The notes below the pieces were generated by a model, which was not told the DNA's origin, searched no databases, and saw only the letters and a list, made by a program, of their open reading frames with translations. The translations under genes and the position numbers were made by a program. Source: Bigelowiella natans CCMP2755 (Eukaryota; Protista; Cercozoa). Taken from it: a DNA stretch of 64,000 nt. Shown piece after piece: positions 1 to 12,541 of this stretch. Numbering within the stretch: the stretch's first letter is position 1; each line of letters starts with the position of its first letter. The stretch is taken from NCBI GenBank assembly GCA_000320545.1, contig ADNK01001573.1:1-64000 (forward strand), in the 5' to 3' direction.

Positions 1-903
1 TGAACTCCTCACCAAAAACCGTGACTCTGACCCTCATCCCAGCCCTGACCGAAAACCCTCACCACTTTCCGTGACTTTGGTCCTCACTTTTGCCCTGAAA
101 AAAACCCTGGTCGATTTTTGAGACCAGTTTACCCTCATTGTGGCCCTCACTTTGGTCGTCACTTTGGTCGTGGCCCAGGAGAAAACCCCAACCCTGACCA
201 TGACCCCAACCCAGACAACTTTCAACAGGGAGGAAACCAGGGTCAGGGTCAGGGTCAGGGTCAGGGTCAGGGTTCCTGTTGAAAGTTGTCTTTTGCCAAT
301 TCGGGGTCAATGCCTCCGCAGCAGCATGCGAGTGAGTTTGGCTTTGCCGGACACATGACGAGTGACCCCCAGGAGCAAGGTGTGCATGAAACTCCTGTGC
401 GCTGTTCTGTTCTCAAGTCATTGCGCCAAAAGAAAGTGGCCATGCCAGCACGAGACAAAATCATTGCAAGGTGCAAAGAAATGAAAGCCGGAAAAAGCGG
501 GGGATCACACATGGCACTTCAAACAGAGCAAGAATGACAGACATGAGACTTGCAACGTTTTGGAAGTGCAGTTCATCATCATTGTTCACTTTTCATTGTT
601 GGTTGCTCTGGCAGAGGCACAAAAATGCAGCCAATGTTTGCTGTGCATTGTTCATGAACGTCATGCATGCACACGTGTGCAAATTGTTCACGAACCATTC
701 GTGAACAAAGATGGCAATTGTTCATGAATTTTTCCGTGGGCATCCTTCAAACGACAAGTTTCAAATGTCCTCAATGTATCAGTGAACAATGAATGATCAT
801 CAAGAAATGGTCAAATTCTTTCGAACAAAAATTTCACTGTTCACTTGCATCACTGATCGTGTTGCATGCGTGAACACACACACACACACACACCACGAGA
901 CTG
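1..903. mobile_element. TpA-depleted repeat/transposon-like block (continues off the left edge)
   Basis: Only 2 TpA in 903 bp by manual count (130, 777). Contains degenerate telomere-type hexamers, a 17-bp inverted repeat and recurring TTGTTCAYGAA words. No credible protein. Confidence 0.6.
180..291. repeat. Telomere-variant repeats: degenerate CCCTAA-like units, then (CAGGGT)6 flanked by a 17-bp inverted repeat
   Basis: CAGGGT x6 at 238-273. AGACAACTTTCAACAGG (213-229) and CCTGTTGAAAGTTGTCT (275-291) are perfect reverse complements. ACCCCA, ACCCTG and ACCCAG units lie upstream. Confidence 0.9.
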
Positions 904-1380
904 TTAGACCGCATTAGCCAACATTTGCATTACTAGATTAGTTCTGGTGTAGTGTCTGTCATGTGAGATTGGATTGATCTTTGCAATGAGATCAATCGCA
1001 TCTTCTGATGATCACACATTTTGCGTAGCCGTTGGTGATGAAATTGTCTGGACTGAGTGTGCAATTTTTCCTCTTGCACATAATGGACACAGCAATGTGG
1101 TGTATACATGTCTATCGTCACAAGAATGTGGATGTGCTAGAAATCGACCTCAAGTTATTCTGAGAACTATCACAATTGACATTGAAAGCAAAAGCCCAGT
1201 CAATGCGATGATCTGAAAAGGCACAACAAATGTCATCACAATGACCAATGCAGCAATGTCACATTCCAGAAGGTGATGAATTTAAATACATCATGATCGT
1301 GATCATCATCACATCTGTCACAATGGCTTGAAGATATAATAAGCATTAAAAACAAACTCATCTCCATTTACACTGTTGCA

Positions 1381-2343
1381 TCATTGTATTACCATATTAT
1401 TCCGCGCTTCCAACTTAGCTTTTTGAGTGTTGATCTCTTCAACAAGCTGAGAATTCCTTGTTGAAGCTGTTTGATCCTGCTGCTGTTGACCTTTCTTAAT
1501 CGTAGTATCGGAGCTATTGCTGTTCTTCACATAGCCGTCATGTTTTTCCATTTTAAAATCTGAAGATATTTTCTTCGTCTTTCCTATTGTCACCCGAAGA
1601 GGATTCTTTTGCTGCTGCTGCTGCTGCTGTGACGACGAGGACGACTTTATTGGTAACAATCGCTCATCTGAATACCATCAAACAATCGCTCATCTAAATA
1701 CCATCTATGTGTGAATGCATGCAACGATGCTACTACTCATTCTTTGTTCACACGCAGCAACAGCAGCAGAAACCCGTACTAATAACAACAGCAGCAACAG
1801 CAGCATTAACAACATAGTGCTTGCTTCTTTGCGTTGCGTTGTTACTTATTTACCCGCGTACGGAGCAGTAGGCATTGAATAAGAGCGGGTACTTCTCTTC
1901 TTCGTATCCAAATTGCTGTAATCTACATGACCATTCATATCTAGAAAGGATAAAGGGAGGAGGAGGAGGAGGAGGAGGAGGAGAAGAAGGATAAAAGGAG
2001 GAGGTGGAATTAATCAGAGAATATCCATTTAACAATCGAGGAGAGGGTGTAGAGGAATTGATATTCAACTTGGAACTTATTTCTTACCCTTGAATATTTT
2101 CTGCTTGTATATCTAATCCTTGTGACAACACACAACACGCTTATTGTTCTTGCTGTTTTTCAACTACTTTTCTATTACTACTACATATATAACTACTACT
2201 ACTGCTACTATCCCCCCTAATACCCATTTGATGAGCTAGAAATGAACAAACATCCTTAATACTATCCCCCATAATACCCATTTGATGAGCTAGAAATGAA
2301 CAAACATCCTTTTGGCCTATTGTGGTGGTAGTGGTGGTGGTGA

Positions 2344-2382
<39 letters not shown>

Positions 2383-5370
2383 ATATATATTTATACATAA
2401 ACAACATTGATTCTTTTATCTCCACTGGCTACTACTGCGATGATGATCTTCTCACATCATAACACAAATCTAAAATATGAGATAATAACATTGCTAAGAC
2501 TTGTGAGCTTTTGCAACTACTACTACCTTCCTCTTTGGCCCACTCAAAAGCTGTTTTCTTCTTCCACTCATCTTCTCCTGTGGTTGGGAGATGGATCAAT
2601 AAGCACAAAAGTATCATGATTATGATTGCTACTACTGACTATTATATCGTGCTGATAGAGTAAACAATGAGTAGTTATTAAGGAGTATGAGTGTTATAAG
2701 TGTTTCTTGCTTTAGTTATTCAATATACCCCTACTCCTCCTCATCCTACAACTACTACTACTACTACAACTACTACTACTACTACTATTGGTAGCACCCA
2801 AAAGTGCTCTGTGACTCAAGTCTGCCTTTGCTTCATTTACTAGATATTTTACCATGTCCATATGACCCTTTTTTGTTGTTTGTTACCAAAGTGAAACATA
2901 CATACAACCAACATATTCTTATCATCATAAAGATGAAGGAATAATACACACTATGATACTAACTAGTGCTCAGTTCTCAATTTACCTGCACTGATGCTAA
3001 AACAAGTGCAGTACCCCCCCATTTAGATGCGGCATTGACATTAGCTTTTCCTAGTTTGTTTCAGTATATTCACATTGACAAACCAAAGAGTAGTAGTGAA
3101 TACATCTCATTCTGTCTAATCGGTGCACTATGAGTGAGTGGTTAGTTGATGACGTCGTTTGACAATTCATCATTGGTGATAATATTAATGCACGGCACGT
3201 TGAATCGTAAAATGGTAGTGGTAGTAGAAGTTGTGGTAGTCATTTTCAAATCAAATTGTGCTAGCTAGTTGGTACAAGATTCAGCTCTCATAATAATATG
3301 TTGTATGATTGATTCTTCTTCTATTCATTTTCATTATATCCTAAAGTAAGTAGTCGTTGCCATCGTATTTAATGTGGATATTATAGCCTAGTTGCATTCT
3401 TATTTTTTTTAGTAGTAGTAGTGAATTACCAGTCTCTACCAAGAACTTGACAGTTTTGAGTTGATTTTCACGTGAGGCATATATCAGTGCTGTGGAGCCA
3501 TTTTTGGTTCGTGCATTAACCTTTAATATTTAGTAGTAGTATTTCAATACATGCTTCATGCATTAACCTTTAATATTTAGAAGTATTATTCCAATACATA
3601 CAAAAAGAGCATGGCGAGAATGCTGCTGATCATGGTAGGATGATGATAAGAATAATAATCACAATATGATAGCACCTCTGCTTTGATTCCTACGAGGTAT
3701 TTAGTTACGTCTAAATGTCCTCGAGAGCAGCTGGTAGTAGTGATAGTAGTAGTAGAGTATATGTGTGTATAGCAGCGTCAAAACAAAATAAAATTAAGGG
3801 TAGATAATTACTATACACGATGACCTACGAAACGACGACGACGACAACGACATTATTCTACATAGTACTAGCATAAGAATCTGCATCATCAGGAGTAAAT
3901 GGAGATGATGATGATCAGGAGGAGGAGGATGATGATGATGATGATCAGAACAAATTGTCATTAATTAATTGTGTGTCTTTCATTCACTTATACATCGATC
4001 TCAAAATGGTGTTTATACGATGATTTATGATAGTAAGTTATGATAAAAACAACAACAACAACAACAACAACAAGAATAATAAATAATTAATAATGATAAT
4101 GATACCTTTGCATGAGAGGAGTCCAGTCCCACACATCACGGAAATTTATGATATTCATGATACTACGAGAGTTGCTTTCTAACCCCCCTGCCTTACTAAT
4201 GCTGTTAGTAATAATAATAATAACAATAGTAATAATAATTAATAATAATAGTTGTAGTAATGTTAGTAATAGGAATAAATAATATGGAAAAATATTGACA
4301 ATTCGTTAGCTTTTTAATCAATCGTATGAATACAATGGAAAAAAAAGGATATGATTACTACAGAGCATCTTTTTTAGTTAAGCTCATTGCAGTGAGAAAA
4401 TCATCATCATCATCATCATCATTATCATCATCATCATCATCATACAACCTAAAACCTAAAATCTATATGTAGGTGAATGTGAGATTGTAGTGTAGGACAT
4501 CACTGAGTGATTATTATTATGACGTCAACCTTTTCTTTACTTTGCTTAGCAATCCCATTGCTGCAAAACGCATTAATGCTTCTCCAGGTAGTCTATTTCG
4601 CATTGATATCAAGTACAATGAATTCATAAAACTGCTATATAATTTATCACAATGATAACAATGATGATTTGGAATATTAATACAATTTTAAAACCAAATT
4701 ATCTCTCGGTCTCTCCCTCTTCCTCTTTCTATTGATATTTATTAACATTTATATGCTTATGCTACTACTACTACTACTACTACACTACCTGAAGTTTCGT
4801 ATAGCAGATTTAATTATGCGGGACAATGCTCTTATCCGTGTATGCTGGAATCTAGGTTATGGATGGTCGTAAGTTATGATGATAATGTTTAGTAGTAGTA
4901 GCGTACTGTTATGATAATAATATTTAGTAGTAGCGTGCTGCTGCCACCAATACTACTACTACTACAACTACTACTACTTCTTCTTCTAGTAGTACCGATA
5001 GTATAAGTAATCGTCTTTAAACGTGTGGCGATTGAGCTAATAAGAACACATAGTTAGATGATGCTGATGATACTACTGCTGCTACTACTACTACTACAAC
5101 TTCATACCACGTGTGCGATGACTCCAAGTCGTGACAATCTTGCACCCAACGATAGCTAAATATCATAACAACGGTAGCATGATAATGATGATGACAACGA
5201 TGATGATGATGATCTAAGGAGGGGAAGGAATAACATTATTACTGTTGGAGTGTTTATTACTTACTTTATTTGATATTGATAACAGTAAAGAATAATAATA
5301 CCGCATGTTGTCTGTCAGCAGCAAGACCGGCCTCTACCAGGAAAGATACTGCTTCTCGTCCTTAAGAATA
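1381..5370 (-). CDS. Ankyrin-repeat region (multi-exon); probably the C-terminal part of the CRAL-TRIO gene upstream
   Basis: Spliced exons give RDVWDWTPLMQ / CSRGHLDVTKYLVGIKAE / VNARTKNGSTALIYASRENQLKTVKFLVETG (about 3430-3521) / KANVNAASKWGGTALVLASVQ / GHMDMVKYLVNEAKADL / KKKTAFEWAKEEG, matching the ankyrin consensus. Last exon about 1667-1381 ends in TGA. Confidence 0.85.
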
Positions 5371-5589
5371 ATAATAATAATAATAATAATAAGGATAAGG
5401 ATAACAATAATGAGATTGTTGATTTATCGATGGATAATGACGTGATTGATAATAGAGATGATGATGGAGATAGGACGAATTTCACATGATTCAATACCAT
5501 GCTTATTATTTGTAAAATGACGACGAAAAATCAGTTTGTGTCTAATGTAGCATTAGATTTCAAACAAGGAGAGGAGGAGGAGGAGATGA

Positions 5590-5642
5590 CCTATAAAACA
5601 ACTTTTAAATTTACGGAACCTATATCTTCGATCCTGTTGTAG

Positions 5643-5677
<35 letters not shown>

Positions 5678-5684
5678 GGTGATG

Positions 5685-5735
<51 letters not shown>

Positions 5736-5873
5736 GTGGTGGTGATGATGATGGTGGTGGTGATGATGATGGTGATGATGATGGTGGTGATGGTGATGAT
5801 GATGATGACAAATGTATTACTACTACGCAATGTAACAAAAACACAATAAAGAGAAAGAGAGAAGAGAGAGAAG

Positions 5874-5906
<33 letters not shown>

Positions 5907-6409
5907 GAAGAGAAGAAGAGAGGAATATTTGTCATGAGCACTAAACTTTTACTACTACTACTACTACTACTTCTGCTACTACTAGTACCTTTATCTTGAC
6001 TCCTTCTTCCAATTTTCTGGCAAATTCTATTAAATTCAAAGATCCTGGAAAAATGGTAGTAGGTTTCTTTATTTGTTATCATCGTTTAAAGAACATCTCT
6101 CAAACTATAATGAAAATTGTTGTTAGATTAGGAAAAGAATACGTGTCATCCATGATCTACTATTTCTACTGCTACAACAAAATAATCCTCTATTCTTTAA
6201 GATATATCATCGCCCCTATCTATAGACGAAAATGAAATAAAGCAAATTCATCTCAACGATTCCGCTTATCAGCCATTATCTCCCCACCCCCCATTTCTCA
6301 TGGTAGTATGCAAGATGGCCACTTCTACCATCGTCATTGTAAGAATGATAATGATAATAACAATAATCATCATCATAACAAAGTAAAAGGTACACTATTT
6401 AAGTGGATT

Positions 6410-6453
<44 letters not shown>

Positions 6454-6812
6454 TGTGTAGTCACCAACCATGAGAAGCAGTACGTATTTTGAACATGTTA
6501 GCATCCTCCTCCTCCTCATCTAAGAAGAAGAAGAAGTAGAAGAAGAAGAAGAAGATATTTACAGGAGAAGGAATAACAAAGTGGTAGTATTTGAATAATG
6601 TTTAAGACTACTACTACTGCTACTACTACTACTAGTTAGAAAGATGTACAATGAGCACATGCTGCACAGAGTAACACACACTTACATGTAATCGAAGAAA
6701 AAGGCTACTGGCTATTTCTTAGCGTGGTGGTGATGACAGCAGCAGTATCATCATTGCTATACTAGGTTAAGAAAACTACTACTAACTACATCTGCTGCTG
6801 CTACTACTACTG

Positions 6813-6843
<31 letters not shown>

Positions 6844-6978
6844 ATCTCACCATCTCCAAGAGATAATCGGCGTGCCATTCTTTCAAATCTGACGAGGAAA
6901 AGAAGTCAGTAACATATGGGGAATATAGGGAATAATGTATCGTATTAACACATTCAAAATCGAGAAAGCTGATCATTG

Positions 6979-7011
<33 letters not shown>

Positions 7012-7657
7012 CTATCATTCTCATCATCACTATCATTCTCATCATCTTTATAACAATATATAACACAGTAGTTGCTGAGATATACACATAGGGTGAAACA
7101 ATAGTGTAATGTCTATCACATACCGCCGTTTTGTAGGCGATTTAGACGATACCGGAGATTGGCTCATGCCTTTAGCATCAAAATCATCATCGTCATCATC
7201 TACAACAATGTTAAAGAAAGTTAGAAAAATAATAGTACCAAGATAATCGGACATGATCATAGGATTCGCATCGTAAAAGCCCTTCTCCTTCTCCTTGGCT
7301 TCTTCTTTTGATCTTCCTTCCCCTTTCTTACCATCATCATCACCATCCTCCTCCTTCACATCAACAAGCTTTACGGACGATGGTGATGGCGACGATGTTT
7401 TAGGAGTAGTAGGAGAAGGAATGACTTTGTAATTTTCATCTTCAATCTGTGAAAATTAAGTATTTAGTGAAGAATGATCCAAATAGATCTACGAGACTAA
7501 ACGAGTAATTCGTACCTTCATATCAGATAGTTCTCTAGGAATCTACAAACAAAGGAATATAGGAGCCAAAGGGCAAACAACACAACCAAGAGACTAATCG
7601 GTGTCTTGAGGTACCAACATATCAGCACTGATAACGACGACTACAACATCATTACAT

Positions 7658-7702
<45 letters not shown>

Positions 7703-8412
7703 TACATGCACATGAATCAGCTTTGTCGTTTTTTTCGAGGAAGAAACACACAGGTGAGTGATTAATATGTAAACATCAAATTTTCTTTTCTTTTTTTTGG
7801 CACTTCTACTACTACTACTACTACTACTACTACTAACTATAGACATTCATTATTTATTCCTACCTATTAGCACACACACACAAACACCAATAAAGTCACG
7901 ATGATGATGACTACTAAAAACTACTATTCACTACTACAACTACCACTATTAGTACCCCGGGTTGTATGTGTGACTCAAATGCAGAAATCATACCCTTTAA
8001 TGTCTCCAATTGATATTCTGTATTTATATGATTTCTACTGTTATTGCTATTTGTAATGATATTGTATCATCACATCAGTCATTGTCGTTAATTAATGATC
8101 ATACTACTACTACTACTACTATTACTATACTACCCTGCATTTGGGAATAATTAAATCTTGGTTGCTTTTGGCCGATACAATCGTGAGTGTTCTTATTTTG
8201 CTGCTGCTGCTGAAGCATGTAGCCGGTCTCTTTTCCTGCTTTTGCTTCTTCTTCTTCTTCTTCTTGTCGCATGGTTGAAGGCATCATCAAGTCCTCGTGG
8301 GAAGAAGGGCCATCAAAGAAAATAGGAATACTATCTTCCGATATTAGTGTCTGATCATATTCACAACCAAGTAGTAGTAGTAGTAGTAGTAGTAGTAGAG
8401 GTGTCAGTGTCA

Positions 8413-8452
<40 letters not shown>

Positions 8453-10118
8453 GATATTTATGCATATTACACAACCAAAATCAGCATTAAACAGCAGCAG
8501 CAGCAGCAGCAATTTTAACAGCAGCTTTGAACGACGAACAATGTGGTAGTTCTGACTGAGTAGTATCATCATTTTGCCAACAAATGTCTCTCATACTGCC
8601 TGCCTCCTCTTTCTTCTTCTCCTTTTTTTTCCCTCTTCTTCTTCTCCTTCTTCTTCTTCTTCTTCTTCCGTTTGCTCGTTTCCTTTCTTCTGTACATCGG
8701 TGATAATGCAACCCCCCCCCCCCCTCCTCCTCTGAAAGATGATAGCACTTCTACCTGTAGTGTGCTTGAAGCCTCTTGAGGCAATAATTTAATTTTTCCT
8801 TGCAGATTTCTCGGAATAAGCGGTTTTACAACAGAATACCTATCAAGTAAGAATCATGCTCTCATAGCATCATCGTAATCCAATCTTGCTTCTATTGCTT
8901 GCTGCTGCTGCTGCTACTGTTTAATCTGCTGTTTAATCTTCGCATTTTATGGCGATTTCACCAACGACCAAATATATATATCAATACTTTAGATTCTCTT
9001 ATTTTTAACAATAAGAAGAGTACACTTCAAATCATCGATAATAAGCTTCTTCCTCCTACCGCTACAACAAACTACCATAACTACCCCAATAATAGCAGCA
9101 GCAGCAGCATTAGTAGCAACAACAACAACATCATCAACAAGAATTACATAAACAATAATGGCTATGACTACTCTTACTTTCTACCATCTATCCCACATCA
9201 TATACTATTTATTGTTGTAAAAAATGGAACTTACAGTTTTCTCAGAATGTAAGAGACAGGCCCAACCATTAGATGCTTATGATGGTTTATAGGTTGTATA
9301 AGAACAAGAATTCATAATAATATTAATGACATAATAAGTGATCTATTAACATACCATTAGATATCTGTGTTCTTAAATTTAATTATAAAGTAAGTACAAA
9401 GTATAATGTACCGCAATTCTATCTGGATATAGCTTCATAAATACCTGTTTGCGATTGATTTGTTGTCAACACACAAATGCAATCATTACGATTAGTAATG
9501 GGAAGTACACCATAAGTTTCATGATCATTTTGAAGTTGACTGAGATGATGATATATTGTATCAGTCATTACATAGTCTTGTAGAAAGAAAACACTCATAC
9601 TATTATTATATTGAATAATAATCGAACGACACACAGTTTGTCCTTCTCCATTCTTGGAAAGAAGGTTATGTACGTTCCCAACAACAACAACAACAACAAC
9701 AACTACTGCTACTGCTACTGCTACTACTACTTTCATAAGCATTTTAATGAAGCTTAGTTGCAGCAACTGTCTCATGGACATTTCTCTGGCATCTGTAATA
9801 GTAATAGTAGTAGTAGTAGTAGTACACGTAGTAGCGAAACAGCAGATAATACCATTAATAAATGCTACACCACCTTATTTTATATACGATAATAATTAAA
9901 AATTGTTTAATGGATATGGCCATCATCATCATCATAAGCATTCTCACCTGCAACGATGATAAATTGAGAAACACCAGGAGGCATTGTCCGTAATCCCTTA
10001 TAGTATCAACATTTCAGAGAATAGTAATAACTTAATAACTAGGTATTGTCTGCACATGTACTAATACAGAAGAAGAAAACTACTTTTTATTTGAAATTTT
10101 CTTTTATCTTCCCATGGT

Positions 10119-10156
<38 letters not shown>

Positions 10157-10273
10157 TGATGATGGTATTACCCATTCTAACATCCAGATGTGAAGTCTTG
10201 TTTCAGCTTCCAGATTTATATCTCGCCACTAGTAGCATAGCCAGTATATATTTACACACACAAACACACACAG

Positions 10274-10307
<34 letters not shown>

Positions 10308-11839
10308 TTACACATCCATATGGAAGGTAGAAGAACAAATTGATAGCCGATATTTCTCCTTATTTTGATACTATTATCTCTTCTTAATCACGAAGATGAT
10401 AATAACTAAATGACTACATTCTTCCTGTTGTTTCGAACCCACAAAATCGGCCTTCCATGAATATCATAGTCTCTCCTGCAAGAAGTAAGAATTATGGTCA
10501 ATAAGCTTAAGCAGGGGATACGATACGACTACTTCTACTGCTACTACGCTTTAATTAACGCCAAGCTAATAACTGCAATATGAACCTCTCCCTCCATAAC
10601 CCACCCATCCTCTAAGAAATTGATAAAAAACTCACGTATCATATATCATGGTGCTGCTGCCTCACTATTAACAATAATACCAATAGATAGATCCATTCGC
10701 ACTTGCTTTCAAGATGTCAGTAGGTATTTCCTTAATATCGTCCAATTCTGATGACGACGATGATGATGATAAGAATAACGATGATGACGAATGATGACAT
10801 CGATGCTTCCTCTACTCTGATATGAATCAGCAGCTACTTGTATTATATGAATATTCATCAAACAAATGTCTATTATGTTTAGATAATGTGTCGAGTAGTC
10901 GATGATTAAGGTTACACACCATATAATGAAACGCAGTTATTATGACTACTACTACTAGTAGTAGTACTACTTGTGCAGCTGGTAGGAAACAGCTCTTCGA
11001 CTCCGTATTGGTTCCGGAAGTCAAAAGCCTATGGTTTGGCATGATGATGACGACGACATATTGTAGTTGGTAGAAAACATGGAGAAGAATGTGTTGATGA
11101 GTCTAATCAGGTTGTTGTTGGAAAAGAATCATCTGCAGATACGAATAACCCAAAGTGCTGCTGCTGCTATGGTTACTGGCTTAATACCTCACACAGTTTC
11201 TTCAGGGTGTAATCGAAGCTCCGCATCACCTTACTGTCTTCCTTACTATAAAACAGTACCAAATATGTCATAAGATTTCCCCGAGAGAACACAGCAGTGG
11301 ATTAATACATTTAAATATAGATCTACATATCGATGATTTGGGTCATTGGTGCGGTAGCACATACAATTGCTCACACTACTTGCCCATGGTATTATTAACT
11401 CTTAACTAACCTCGGCCTAGTCATAACTATTTTCAGATAGTTCCTAGTCCATGTTGTTTCAAGTAGTTTTCGAATTTTGGGTTTTCGAATGACCAACTGT
11501 TCGTAATGCAGAGCAGCAAGCAAGCAAGCAAGAACAAACAAACAAACAAACACTTTTAGGAGCTATCGTCGTACGATTCTTATATTCTGGGATCATTACT
11601 ACCTCCTCCCGTAGTCTATCAATGTCTTCAACTGTAGGGTAACATTTGTCGGAACCCTCCGGGGGTCTCAGAGCGTACGAATCTCTCATTATTGCATCGC
11701 TATCACCATCAGCACTTCCTATCGCCCCTTCGTCTATGATGTTGTGGAAAAGTAGTGTAAATTAGAATGGGGTGGTAGTAAAAACTAGAAAAAGACCTAT
11801 CTCTCTTTTATACTACTACGTAGGTAGTCTAGCAGCCAT
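5590..11839 (-). CDS. CRAL-TRIO (Sec14-like) lipid-binding domain protein, multi-exon
   Basis: Exons: DYDIHGRPILWVRN / WRDINLEAETRLHIWMLEW / GLRTMPPGVSQFIIVA / DAREMSMRQLLQLSFIKMLMK / VFMKLYPDRIA / HLMVGPVSYILRKL / YSVVKPLIPRNLQGKIKLL / LISEDSIPIFFDG, the CRAL-TRIO motif order. Candidate ATG at 11839 (MAARLP). In-frame exons continue downstream without a stop. Confidence 0.8.
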
Positions 11840-11923
11840 TGAGCGAGGAGGAGTAGGGGAGGAGGAGGAGGCTCATCAAAGATATTATTACATGGTGGTA
11901 CTCATTTAAATTCGTTAGTATTC

Positions 11924-11970
11924 TTAGTTAGTTAGTTAGTTAGTTAGTTATTCTGTTCGCGCCCTTGACT
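11924..11970. repeat. Dispersed element end: (GTTA)n + TTCTGTTCGCGCCCTTGACT, copy 1
   Basis: The 20-bp core at 11951-11970 is identical to 34009-34028, and both are preceded by (GTTA)6-7. Confidence 0.85.
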
Positions 11971-12471
11971 GATGAACATAGCAAATTCGTTCTTTGTTGC
12001 CAATGTGTTGCCAATGTGTTGCCCTACTACTTACCATGACTAAGTTGACTGAGCACTGCAAATCTTACAACATATACAACATTATGGATGAATATCCACC
12101 TTATTACTACTAAAAATTATTGACTAGGACCAGTGATTCAAGACAATACATACAATAATTTTACAAAGAACTGGATTGTTGCAGATCAGTGATCCTGCTC
12201 GTACTCCCCCCATAAAAATGGGCATTTATGGTAAACGATAGCTCCTTCCTATCGCACCTCAAGAGGAAGACGAACACATAGCTAAGTAGGATCGTTTTGG
12301 ATTTAGCGGAAGTGTGGCGGTGCTCGATCTTCCCCTTCTTCGTCAGTGATCGAAACCGTGATGAGATGTTGTTCAATACGCATCGTGATTGCAGCGATGA
12401 TGGTCAGGCCGTCTAAACATTCTTAATTTTGCTTCCTTGTTTATTCATAATTATAGGAGCACAAACCCACA

Positions 12472-12515
<44 letters not shown>

Positions 12516-12541
12516 ACAAGCACACACAATGTATCTATTGG

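Noticed and set aside
5591-6082. Long ORFs of poly-I/H/D/M/S/RE residues here and throughout the ORF track
   Set aside because: They are translations of intronic microsatellites. The real exons are short segments within or between them.
12161-12420. Complex non-repetitive stretch between divergent genes (ncRNA or small ORF?)
   Set aside because: No snRNA, tRNA or snoRNA motif and no convincing protein recognised.
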